In this document: positions 7,554 through 15,684 of the stretch, piece by piece
Position numbering within the stretch: the first letter of the stretch is position 1
Layout: the number at the start of each line of letters is the position of its first letter
DNA from: Candidatus Levyibacteriota bacterium
GTDB lineage: Bacteria > Patescibacteriota > Microgenomatia > Levybacterales > UBA12049
Assembly: GCA_023245515.1 (NCBI GenBank)
Contig: JAHFKE010000002.1
Span: 1 to 31,211 of the forward strand
Direction: 5' to 3'
Length of the DNA stretch: 31,211 nt
Translations under genes and position numbers: made by a program
The notes under the pieces: model-generated
The model's database searches: none
What the model saw: only the letters and a program-made list of their open reading frames with translations
Told to the model about the DNA's origin: nothing

Positions 7554-8441
7554 ATGAAGATTCTCATTTTAGGCAAAGGGGCATTTGGTAGGGCAATTTA
7601 TTCTGTCATAGCACGTTCTGAGAGAGATGTAACCTTTTGGGACCGTGGAGCAGACATTATGCACGCAGATGTCGTTATTATCGCTGTTCCGACAAAAGCA
7701 ATCCGCGAAGTTCTGGAATTTATAAAGACGGACTCGTTGCCAATTATTGTTAATTGTTCAAAGGGAATTGAAGTTGGAACACACGAGCTTCCGTATCGAG
7801 TTGTCCGTGACGTACTTGGAGATGGTGTAAGTTATTTTTCTCTGATGGGTCCCAGTTTTTCGCAAGAGGTTATCGAAAAGATGCCTACGCTTGTAAATAT
7901 TGGCTACGCAAAAACAACGACGCTTGAAGAAAGAGAAAAGATGAAAAAGCTTTTTCAGGCTGATTACTTTCGTGTGAGGCTGACTTCCAGCATCAGGGCT
8001 ATAGAGCTTGCGGCTGCTATGAAAAATGTTTACGCTATTGCCTGCGGTATGTCCAAGGGTTTAGGTTTTAAGCATAATACGAGAGCGAAGCTGATCGCTT
8101 TGGCAATCGAAGAGATACTGATTCTTACTGAAACACTTGGGTTTGCCATGGACAAGCGAGCATTGCCGGCGGTGATAGGAGATGTGGTCATGACGTGTAG
8201 TAGCAATAATAGCCGCAATTTTGCTTTTGGCGAGATGTTAGTTAGTCGTTCGGTGGAAGAATCATTACAATATGTCAAAGGTGTTGTTGAGGGGTACGCC
8301 AGTACAGAGCCACTGGGCTATCTTGTAGAAAAAACCAAGGGCGAAACTCCTTTGGCAGTGCTTCTGTGTGACATACTTGATGGCCAGAAGGATGCCACTG
8401 AGATAAAAGATCGTTTCTCACGGTTTTTGAAAAGCTCCTAG
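7554..8441 (+). CDS. gpsA: NAD(P)H-dependent glycerol-3-phosphate dehydrogenase
   Basis: Rossmann GKGAFG, IAVPT, NCSKGIE, GPSFSQEV, catalytic KNVYAIACG, GDVVMTC..SRN, VEG. Confidence 0.9.
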   Translation: MKILILGKGAFGRAIYSVIARSERDVTFWDRGADIMHADVVIIAVPTKAIREVLEFIKTDSLPIIVNCSKGIEVGTHELPYRVVRDVLGDGVSYFSLMGPSFSQEVIEKMPTLVNIGYAKTTTLEEREKMKKLFQADYFRVRLTSSIRAIELAAAMKNVYAIACGMSKGLGFKHNTRAKLIALAIEEILILTETLGFAMDKRALPAVIGDVVMTCSSNNSRNFAFGEMLVSRSVEESLQYVKGVVEGYASTEPLGYLVEKTKGETPLAVLLCDILDGQKDATEIKDRFSRFLKSS

Positions 8442-8530
8442 TAAGCCTTTCTAAGCTTCTTGCTCAAACAAAACTCTCATCATACTTAGCTTGTTTTCTT
8501 TCGGGAAATGTGCGAGAATTATTGAGATTT

Positions 8531-9583
8531 ATGTATACTCCCAAGTTCACTATTAGCAATAAAATCCTCCATTACGTTGGTATCATTGAAGCGTGCCGAC
8601 AGGTCATTGATAAGGCTCCGCTTCTCCCGTATTACGAAAAAGAATTCCAGAAAGATGCTATGGTCAGAAGTGTTCATCATGGGACCCATATTGAGGGTAA
8701 TGAGCTCAATATCGATCAGGCAGAGAAGGTGATTGACGGCCAGCCTGTAGTCGCTCGGGCGCGGGATATTCAAGAGATTATTAATTATCGCAAGGTTATT
8801 GGAGAGCTTGAGCAATTCACAGTTCATGGTTCACGGTTCACAGCTGACGAGGAGTTCGTTAAGAAGTTGCATGCTCTTACGGTTGAGAAGCTTTTGGATC
8901 CTGAGCGGTGTGGGGTGTACAGATCGACGCAAGTTGTTGTGAAGAATAGTCTGACAGGAGAGGTGACTTTTACCCCCCCTGTTGCGATTGCCGTTCCATT
9001 TCAGATGCAGGAACTAGTCTCGTTTATCGACAAAACTAGGCCTGAGCATATCCATCCGGTTCTGAAAAGCGGTGCAGTGCATTATGAGCTGGTCAGAATA
9101 CATCCTTTTATAGACGGTAACGGAAGAGTCGCACGGGCACTCTCGACATTTATTCTTTTCTCAGAAGGCTATGATATCCGGAAGTTTTTCTCACTTGAGG
9201 AGTATTTCGATAACGATGCAGGGAGATATTATGAAGCGCTACAAAGTGTGGGAAAGAAGAATGATGACCTGACGACATGGCTTGAATATTTTACCGAAGG
9301 ACTGGCAATTGAGTTAGCAAAAATTAAGGACAAGATCGAGAAAATATCTGTGGATCTCAAGCTTAAGAAAAAACTCGGAGGGAATCCCATCCTTCTGACG
9401 GATCGCCAGCTGAAGATTGTAGAATACATACAGAAGACGGGCTATCTCCAGAATAATGTCTTTAAGCAACTCTTTCCATTCGTGTCAGAAGATACTGTTT
9501 TGAATGAACTGAAAGCTTTGATAAAATATGGCATAGTGAAGAAGCAGGGGAGCACAAAGGCATCGCGGTACATGATGAGGTGA
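8531..9583 (+). CDS. Fic family protein with C-terminal winged-HTH
   Basis: Canonical HPFIDGNGRVAR motif, N-terminal GTHIEGN, C-terminal LTDRQLKI...VSEDTVLNELKALI. ATG 8531 preferred over track start 8510. Confidence 0.93.
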   Translation: MYTPKFTISNKILHYVGIIEACRQVIDKAPLLPYYEKEFQKDAMVRSVHHGTHIEGNELNIDQAEKVIDGQPVVARARDIQEIINYRKVIGELEQFTVHGSRFTADEEFVKKLHALTVEKLLDPERCGVYRSTQVVVKNSLTGEVTFTPPVAIAVPFQMQELVSFIDKTRPEHIHPVLKSGAVHYELVRIHPFIDGNGRVARALSTFILFSEGYDIRKFFSLEEYFDNDAGRYYEALQSVGKKNDDLTTWLEYFTEGLAIELAKIKDKIEKISVDLKLKKKLGGNPILLTDRQLKIVEYIQKTGYLQNNVFKQLFPFVSEDTVLNELKALIKYGIVKKQGSTKASRYMMR

Positions 9584-9596
9584 GAGTTGAGAGGTG

Positions 9597-9640
9597 ATCC
9601 TTCGATAAACTCAGGATCATCCTGAGCTAGTCTAACGGAT
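9597..9640. repeat. REP-like palindrome (CCTTCGA..CTCAGG..CCTGAG type) embedded in a GTTGAGA heptamer array
   Basis: ctcaggat(9610-17)/atcctgag(9619-26) perfect inverted repeat with outer atcc/ggat arms; flanked by ggtgaga gttgaga (9579-92) and gatgaaa gttgaga (9638-51). Confidence 0.7.
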
Positions 9641-9659
9641 GAAAGTTGAGAAATAACAT

Positions 9660-11408
9660 ATGAAATTTAGTGAATTGGCACAATATTTTGATAAGTTAGA
9701 TGAGACTTCATCTCGTCTGGCGCTTATAGATATCCTCTCTGATCTTTTTAAATCGGTTAAGACAGGTGAGCAATTGGAAAAGATTTGTTACTTGGTGCAA
9801 GGAAGGGTAGCGCCCTTTTTTGAGCCAATAGAATTTGGGATGGCTGACAAGATGATTGCGCAAGCTCTAGCAGCAACATATGGTGAAGAAAAAGAGGCGG
9901 TTCTGAAGCAGTATGGGAAACTTGGTGATATCAGTCTTGTTGCTTATGAATTTGCAGAGAAACATAAGCACGGTTCAGAGCTGACAGTGGATCAGGTTTT
10001 TGTAGCGCTTAATGAGATAGCGAGCACTTCGGGTGCAGGCTCAGTTGAGAAGAAAACAACATTTCTTAAAGACGAGCTTCTGGAGAAGCTTGACGCTCTT
10101 TCTGTTAAGTATGTTGTTCGGATTTTACTCGGCAATGTGCGCTTGGGTATTGGTGACCCGACGATTCTGGACGCATTGGCACTGGCTATCCTTAACGACC
10201 GAACTAAGCGCAAGGTGCTCGAAGGAGCGTATAACAGGACTTCGGCCCTGGGTCTTGTCGCAAAGACACTCAAAGACCATGGTATCAAGGACGTCGAAGA
10301 CTTGAAGGTGCGTGTCGGTTTTCCTATCAGGTCGGAACTTTGCGAAAGACTGCCTAACCCCGAAAAGGTTATGGAAAAGATGGGAGAAGTTGATGCGCAG
10401 TATAAATATGACGGTTTTCGAGTCCAAATCCACAAAAATGGCAATGATATTCGCATGTTCTCGCGCAATCTTGAGGATATGAGCAATATGTTTCCCGAGC
10501 TTATTGAGGGGGCGCGAACGCAAATCAAATCCAAAACTGCAATTCTGGATACTGAGGCCCTGGCATATCAGCCTGAATCCGAAGAGTTCTTGCCTTTTCA
10601 AGAAACGACCAAGAGGCGCCGTAAGCACAATATTGATGAGGTAGCAAAGACGTTGCCGCTGAAAGCCTTCGTTTTTGACATTCTCTATGCAGATGGAAAG
10701 TCTCTGATCGATGAGCCTCAGACGAAGCGTATGGAGATACTTAAAAAGGTGGTGGAGAATGGTGACGTGCTTCTTCCATCACCCGGAAAGGTCTTAAAGG
10801 AGGCAAAGGACTTACAGCTTATGCTTGATGACGCCATCTCAAAAGGACTGGAGGGGGTAGTTGTTAAAAAAGTTGATTCTCCGTATGTTGCGGGAGGAAG
10901 AAATTTTAACTGGGTTAAGTTGAAGCGTCATTCTTCGGGAGAGTTACATGACACGATTGATTGTGTGATTTTAGGCTACGTTTTTGGTAAAGGAAAGCGC
11001 ACTGCTTTTGGTGCTGGTGCGCTTTTGGTGGGTATTTATGACGAGAAGAACGACGAATTTGTGACGGTTTCTAGAATCGGTACAGGACTGACTGATGAGG
11101 AGTGGAGGAGTATTAAGGAGAAAGCAAAAGGGCTTGAGTCTGATCATAAGCCAGCCCGTGTTAATTCACTCATTGTACCGAGCGTTTGGGTAAAGCCGCA
11201 TATTGTTATCGAAGTCCTAGCAGACGAGATTACGAGAAGTCCGATGCATTGTGCAGGTGCTTCTTTGAGTAAAGAGGGAGTAAAAGAAGCGGGCTATGCG
11301 CTGAGATTTCCACGATTAGTTTCATTCAGAGACAGGGATAAGCGACCAGAAGACGCTAGCACTGTGGATGAATTGATCAAGATGTATAAGCAGCAATCTG
11401 TAAAATAA
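9660..11408 (+). CDS. lig: ATP-dependent DNA ligase (archaeal/eukaryotic LigI-like)
   Basis: N-terminal DNA-binding domain, motif I QYKYDGFR, FDIL, EGVVVK, WVKLK, OB fold with ALRFPR. Confidence 0.95.
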   Translation: MKFSELAQYFDKLDETSSRLALIDILSDLFKSVKTGEQLEKICYLVQGRVAPFFEPIEFGMADKMIAQALAATYGEEKEAVLKQYGKLGDISLVAYEFAEKHKHGSELTVDQVFVALNEIASTSGAGSVEKKTTFLKDELLEKLDALSVKYVVRILLGNVRLGIGDPTILDALALAILNDRTKRKVLEGAYNRTSALGLVAKTLKDHGIKDVEDLKVRVGFPIRSELCERLPNPEKVMEKMGEVDAQYKYDGFRVQIHKNGNDIRMFSRNLEDMSNMFPELIEGARTQIKSKTAILDTEALAYQPESEEFLPFQETTKRRRKHNIDEVAKTLPLKAFVFDILYADGKSLIDEPQTKRMEILKKVVENGDVLLPSPGKVLKEAKDLQLMLDDAISKGLEGVVVKKVDSPYVAGGRNFNWVKLKRHSSGELHDTIDCVILGYVFGKGKRTAFGAGALLVGIYDEKNDEFVTVSRIGTGLTDEEWRSIKEKAKGLESDHKPARVNSLIVPSVWVKPHIVIEVLADEITRSPMHCAGASLSKEGVKEAGYALRFPRLVSFRDRDKRPEDASTVDELIKMYKQQSVK

Positions 11409-11514
11409 GGCAGAGGACCTGCCCGCCATTGGCTGTCGCCTCAGGCGACTGCAGGCGGGTGCAACGAGTGTGAAAGAGCTCATCGAGATGTATCAGGAGC
11501 AGGGACATAAGTAG
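11404..11514 (+). pseudogene. Relic second ligase 3' end interrupted by a 42-nt palindrome
   Basis: +1 frame reads NKAED[LPAIGCRLRRLQAG]ATSVKELIEMYQEQGHK*, versus the ligase end DKRPEDASTVDELIKMYKQQSVK*. Confidence 0.75.
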
Positions 11515-11550
11515 CCTGTATATAGAATATGAAGCGCGCAAGTCAGGAAG

Positions 11551-11994
11551 CTAGAGATACATCCCGGTTGATTTATCGGGGTCGTTTCTTACCGTAGGAG
11601 GTTTTGGTCGTGCTTCAACAGGTGGAGGGGTGGAAGATGGCGCCTCGGTCACCTTGCTATGATGCTTTGCCAGCTCTTCGTCCCTCGTCTTTGCCAGTCT
11701 TGCTGCTTCTTTCTGGAATGATTCTTTTACTGCCGCATTGCCGCTCGTACCGGCTATATTCATCAAGCGCATGATCCGCATCGAGTAGCTAACGAAGCGA
11801 AACTCTGCTAATTCATCTTTTGGTATAGTGGGGAAGTTCTCGGGAGTTAATGCGTCAAAGTGTCCATTATTAGCAAGTAAGCCTGCATCTTCAAACTCTT
11901 TTATTAAAGGGGACAAGTCTCTCTTCTCCGGGGAGGGTGAGCGCTCCGGTTCTTTTCTGCCTGGCTCGAATACTGAGGTATTCTCTACTGTCAC
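11551..11994 (-). CDS. Hypothetical protein (147 aa, Pro-rich termini)
   Basis: GTG-start ORF with a strong upstream promoter (next feature). Confidence 0.65.
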   Translation of the reverse strand: MTVENTSVFEPGRKEPERSPSPEKRDLSPLIKEFEDAGLLANNGHFDALTPENFPTIPKDELAEFRFVSYSMRIMRLMNIAGTSGNAAVKESFQKEAARLAKTRDEELAKHHSKVTEAPSSTPPPVEARPKPPTVRNDPDKSTGMYL

Positions 11995-12027
11995 AGGTGT
12001 TCAGAGATAAACTCTATCTCTATCTGA

Positions 12028-12055
12028 AGTATAGACCTACCCTGTAGTCTGTCAA
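12028..12055 (-). promoter_or_regulatory. Sigma70-like promoter for the 11551..11994 gene
   Basis: Minus strand TTGACA(12055-50)-16 nt-TATACT(12033-28). Confidence 0.65.
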
Positions 12056-12107
12056 TACACAAGGATACTGACAGAACCATGACAAACATATGCTAGAATA
12101 ATTTCTG

Positions 12108-13472
12108 GTGAATTTTGTAACTGATTTACACTTACATAGTAGATTCTCACGCGCGGTATCGCCAAGGATGACGCTTCCTGTCATGTCTGAGTATGCTCTG
12201 CAAAAAGGGATTGATATTTTGACGGCTTCTGATTTTACTCATCCTACCTGGTACCAAGAAATACGAGAACAATTAGAAGAAGCGGGGGAGGGAGTATATA
12301 AGTTGAGAGGTGAGAGTAGGGAGTTGAGAAATGATAAGGAAGTTTTATTTTTATTATCTACAGAAATCTCAAGTATTTATAAGCAGGGAGATAAGCTTAG
12401 GAGAATTCACAATCTGATCTTTGTTCCAAATTTTGAAGCTGTCCAGCGGTTAAATCGTGAACTTATCAAGCGTGGATGCAATCTTTCAGCTGACGGGAGG
12501 CCAATTGTCGGTCTTTCTTCAAGAAATCTTCTGGAGCTTATTCTCTCGATCGATGAAAGGTCGATGATTATCCCCTGTCATGTGTGGACGCCTCATTTTG
12601 GTGTGTATGGTTCAGCTTCGGGATTTGATTCTCTTGAGGAAGCATATGGAGATTTAGCGAAATATGTGTATGGGATTGAGACAGGAATCTCAAGTGATCC
12701 TGCTATGAATTGGCAAGTGAGAGAGCTTATGAATCGGAGTATTCTTTCCTTCTCAGATGCGCATAGTGCCCCTAAGATGGGAAGAGAAGCAACGGTGTTT
12801 GAGTTGGAAGCGCCAACGTATGAGAACATTCGATCGGCTATTATGCGCCCAGGTTCACAGAAACGCGATGAACGAACTAACAAACTAACTATGAACAAGA
12901 TTGCCTATACGCTTGAATTCTATCCCGAAGAAGGAAAATACCATTTCTCAGGACACAGGAAGTGTAAATTTATGCAAGGGCCTGAAGAGACAAGAAGGGA
13001 TGGAAATATCTGCCCTGTATGTAATCGTCGTCTGACTGAGGGGGTTTTGTACCGCTTACGGCAGTTGTCTGACGAGACACTGCTTAACAGAGTTGGAGAG
13101 AAGATTACAGAAGGAGTCAGATGGTTTGCAGATAAAGATGACCTGCAGCCTCCTTTTATGAAGCTGGTTCCGCTTCTTGAGATTGTTGCTAAGGGGCTTG
13201 GAACAACGGTACTGAGTCAAAAAGCACAAGGTATATTCTCTCATCTTTGCCTAGAGCTTGGAGACGAGATTACTGTTCTTTTAAAAACTTCTCTCAAAGA
13301 TGTAGCAAGGATAGGTGGCGAAAATATAGCACAGGCTTTGGAAAAAGTGCGCCTGGGCGATATTTCAATTGATCCGGGCTATGACGGGGAGTACGGGAAG
13401 GTAAAGATATTTAGCGAAGGCACTTTGCAGATGGCGAGAGAGAATAAGGGCCAGTTAAAGATGGATCTTTAA
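12108..13472 (+). CDS. Endonuclease Q family protein (PHP domain plus Zn-binding region)
   Basis: DLHLHSRFS, SADGRPIVG, HVWTP, ETGISSDP, SDAHS, EEGKYHFSGHRKC, CPVC, PGYDGEYG. Confidence 0.88.
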   Translation: MNFVTDLHLHSRFSRAVSPRMTLPVMSEYALQKGIDILTASDFTHPTWYQEIREQLEEAGEGVYKLRGESRELRNDKEVLFLLSTEISSIYKQGDKLRRIHNLIFVPNFEAVQRLNRELIKRGCNLSADGRPIVGLSSRNLLELILSIDERSMIIPCHVWTPHFGVYGSASGFDSLEEAYGDLAKYVYGIETGISSDPAMNWQVRELMNRSILSFSDAHSAPKMGREATVFELEAPTYENIRSAIMRPGSQKRDERTNKLTMNKIAYTLEFYPEEGKYHFSGHRKCKFMQGPEETRRDGNICPVCNRRLTEGVLYRLRQLSDETLLNRVGEKITEGVRWFADKDDLQPPFMKLVPLLEIVAKGLGTTVLSQKAQGIFSHLCLELGDEITVLLKTSLKDVARIGGENIAQALEKVRLGDISIDPGYDGEYGKVKIFSEGTLQMARENKGQLKMDL

Positions 13473-14245
13473 CTTTCTTTCGGGAGTTTTTTCTTTATTT
13501 CAGCTAAGAATTCTCTATATGGGTCCATGCTTAAGTGCCAGTTGCCGGGACGATAAGGATGATCCAGGTCATCAATAATGAGGTAAATGCCATAGGCCAG
13601 AAGTGCAATAACGAGAGTAAATAAATAGTCGTAGAGCACATTTGACACACCGATAAAAAGTGAAGCAACAATGATAGAGAAGGTTGAGAAGGTGATAAGA
13701 ACACGGAGCACAAAAGGTAATCGGTGATTAGTATTCTGTATGATGTATTCTTGATTCTCAACTGCTTCTCTCAGAGTGGTGCTCAGAACGCCTGATTCAG
13801 GGAACTTTTTCGAAGCATCAATAAGTGTTTCTTCTAGTAAATAGACTGCATCTTCAAATTCTTTTTGTACGGTTTGTCCCTTTTGATCCAGGGTGTTTGA
13901 CTCTTTGAGAATAACGGTAATGTAATCATGAATATTTTTCTTTAATTTGCGGCTGACTTCTTCGGAGAAGTGGTCTGACATGCGAAAGAGGTGCTTGAGC
14001 GTGTTAAGCTCTTTTTGGCTCGCCTCAATAAGCCTGTCCCACATTTGCCACTTTGTCTGGATCACAAAACCCGAGATAATGCTGAAAATAACACTAATGG
14101 CTGAGAAAAGCCAGGGAATTGAAGCAAGGTTCTCGGTAAGCGTGTAATCCGGGAGCAGATTATAGAAATGTACGGCAAAAAAGATCAATGTGAAGCCCAG
14201 TATGAAGAATAGTAATTTTAGAGTAATACGAAAATCTAAACCCAC
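13469..14245 (-). CDS. DUF4239-family (bestrophin-like) membrane protein
   Basis: TM helices and C-terminal IIDDLDHPY..G motif. GTG 14245 preferred (TATACT 6 nt upstream) over track start 14326. Confidence 0.7.
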   Translation of the reverse strand: MGLDFRITLKLLFFILGFTLIFFAVHFYNLLPDYTLTENLASIPWLFSAISVIFSIISGFVIQTKWQMWDRLIEASQKELNTLKHLFRMSDHFSEEVSRKLKKNIHDYITVILKESNTLDQKGQTVQKEFEDAVYLLEETLIDASKKFPESGVLSTTLREAVENQEYIIQNTNHRLPFVLRVLITFSTFSIIVASLFIGVSNVLYDYLFTLVIALLAYGIYLIIDDLDHPYRPGNWHLSMDPYREFLAEIKKKLPKES

Positions 14246-14348
14246 ATAGCCAGTATATAAAGGCACATTGTTTATTGCAAGCAATGAACGGTCTTCTTGC
14301 AAATTTCTTCTTAAGTTTTTACACAAGATGTGCTATATTGGTAACGAT

Positions 14349-14948
14349 ATGAAACTAATAATTGGACTAGGTAATCCTGGGGGAAAGTACGAAAATACGC
14401 GCCATAATTTGGGCTTCACCATCGTTGATCATCTTCTAAAACACTACGAAACAGTCACTGAAAATCTCTGGTCAAAACAGGAGAAGCTCAAGAGCGAAGT
14501 TGCTGTTTTTGATTGGCAGCCGAAAGAGGGGAAAGCAGAGCGTGTAATTCTTGCTAAGCCGCAAACATATATGAATAACTCAGGGATGGCTGTTCAGCTG
14601 ATCGCTTCATATTACAAGGTAGCGCCTGAAGATATCTGGGTGATCTATGATGAGCTTGATCTGCCTTTAGGCAGCATGAAGATACGCTTTGCCGGTGCTG
14701 CCGCAGGGCATCATGGCGTGGAGTCTCTGATTGAAAAGTTAGGAACGGATAAATTTTGGCGTTTCAGAATGGGAATAGGACAGGATGACGGTCATGTGTC
14801 GGGAGATGGCGCAGATTATGTGCTCGGTACTTTCAGCGGACATGAACATGGCAAGCTCAAAGAGCTCATCAAGCATGGAGTAGGTGCTGCCGAGCATGCT
14901 CTTGAAAAAGGTCTTGAGGCTGCGATGAACAGATATAATACGAAATAA
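14349..14948 (+). CDS. pth: Peptidyl-tRNA hydrolase
   Basis: MKLIIGLGNPG..YENTRHNLG, KPQTYMNNSG, DELDLPLG, AGHHGVES, RFRMGIG. Confidence 0.97.
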   Translation: MKLIIGLGNPGGKYENTRHNLGFTIVDHLLKHYETVTENLWSKQEKLKSEVAVFDWQPKEGKAERVILAKPQTYMNNSGMAVQLIASYYKVAPEDIWVIYDELDLPLGSMKIRFAGAAAGHHGVESLIEKLGTDKFWRFRMGIGQDDGHVSGDGADYVLGTFSGHEHGKLKELIKHGVGAAEHALEKGLEAAMNRYNTK

Positions 14949-15012
14949 TTGTTAGTTCACGGTTAGTTAGTTCGTCGTTCTCTGTGAACCATGAACTGTG
15001 AACCAATAACTA
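14949..15012. repeat. Degenerate inverted heptamer array (GTTCAC/GTTAGTT versus TGAACCA family)
   Basis: ttgttagttcacggttagttagttcgtcgttc followed by gtgaaccatgaactgtgaaccaataactaa. Confidence 0.7.
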
Positions 15013-15017
15013 ATCTT

Positions 15018-15284
15018 ATGCAGTCGATTAAGCAGGTTCTCAATAAGTTTGATCCTATCAAGGATAAGTATGTTTCCCGTGAGTTCCAGACTTTTGGTCT
15101 TCATCTTGCGGAAACGCTTGATGACTATAAGCACAGGGGCTTATATATGAGGTTGGCAAAGACGGTTCATCGTTCGCTTTTGGAGCAGGCGCTGAGTTTT
15201 GTCAGTGACAGTAAGGCAGACAATAAAGGGGCACTTTTTATGTGGAAGCTAAAAGAGCTGAAAAAGGGGGGAGGAAAAATATGA
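15018..15284 (+). CDS. Small hypothetical protein (88 aa), resembles a conserved CPR family
   Basis: SREFQTFG..LAE.L.D..H..LY..LAK...LFMWKL pattern (my recollection, not a database hit); ATGA overlap with acyP. Confidence 0.75.
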   Translation: MQSIKQVLNKFDPIKDKYVSREFQTFGLHLAETLDDYKHRGLYMRLAKTVHRSLLEQALSFVSDSKADNKGALFMWKLKELKKGGGKI

Positions 15285-15595
15285 AGCGAATTCATTTATT
15301 TATTTTCGGTATGATTCAAGGGATAGGATATCGCTATTTTGTGTCAGAAAAAGCGAAGGAATTAGGCTTAGTCGGCTGGATTAAGAATAAAAAAGACGGG
15401 AGCGTTGAAGCTGTTTTTCAGACAAAGCCTTTGTCTGTAGCTGGTCAGCCAATGACTGACCAAGAGGCGGAGATGACAGTCCAAAAAATGGTCAGTATCT
15501 GTAGAGAAGGACCAATATCTGCAAGCGTCACGCATATTGAAGAGAAGTGGGAAGATGCAGAAGAAGAGACATTTGATGATTTTGAGGTCCGCTGA
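15281..15595 (+). CDS. acyP: Acylphosphatase
   Basis: GMIQGIGYR phosphate-binding loop, GWIKN..DGSVEAV, GP; SD GGGAGG upstream. Confidence 0.88.
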   Translation: MKRIHLFIFGMIQGIGYRYFVSEKAKELGLVGWIKNKKDGSVEAVFQTKPLSVAGQPMTDQEAEMTVQKMVSICREGPISASVTHIEEKWEDAEEETFDDFEVR

Positions 15596-15684
15596 ACATA
15601 GGCTACGGAAGCAAGAATTAAGAAGTAGGAAGAAAGGGTTGGACTTCTTGCTTTAAATGGGCATGAATAGGAAGGGGTCAGCTT

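Noticed and set aside
11259-11290. GCTTCTTT/AAAGAAGC inverted repeat in a variable ligase loop
   Set aside because: Only 8 bp, could be chance, and I cannot show an indel without an alignment.
11339-11514. Ligase and trxB tail duplications as DGR template/variable repeats
   Set aside because: Differences are not adenine-specific, are mostly synonymous, and no reverse transcriptase is present.
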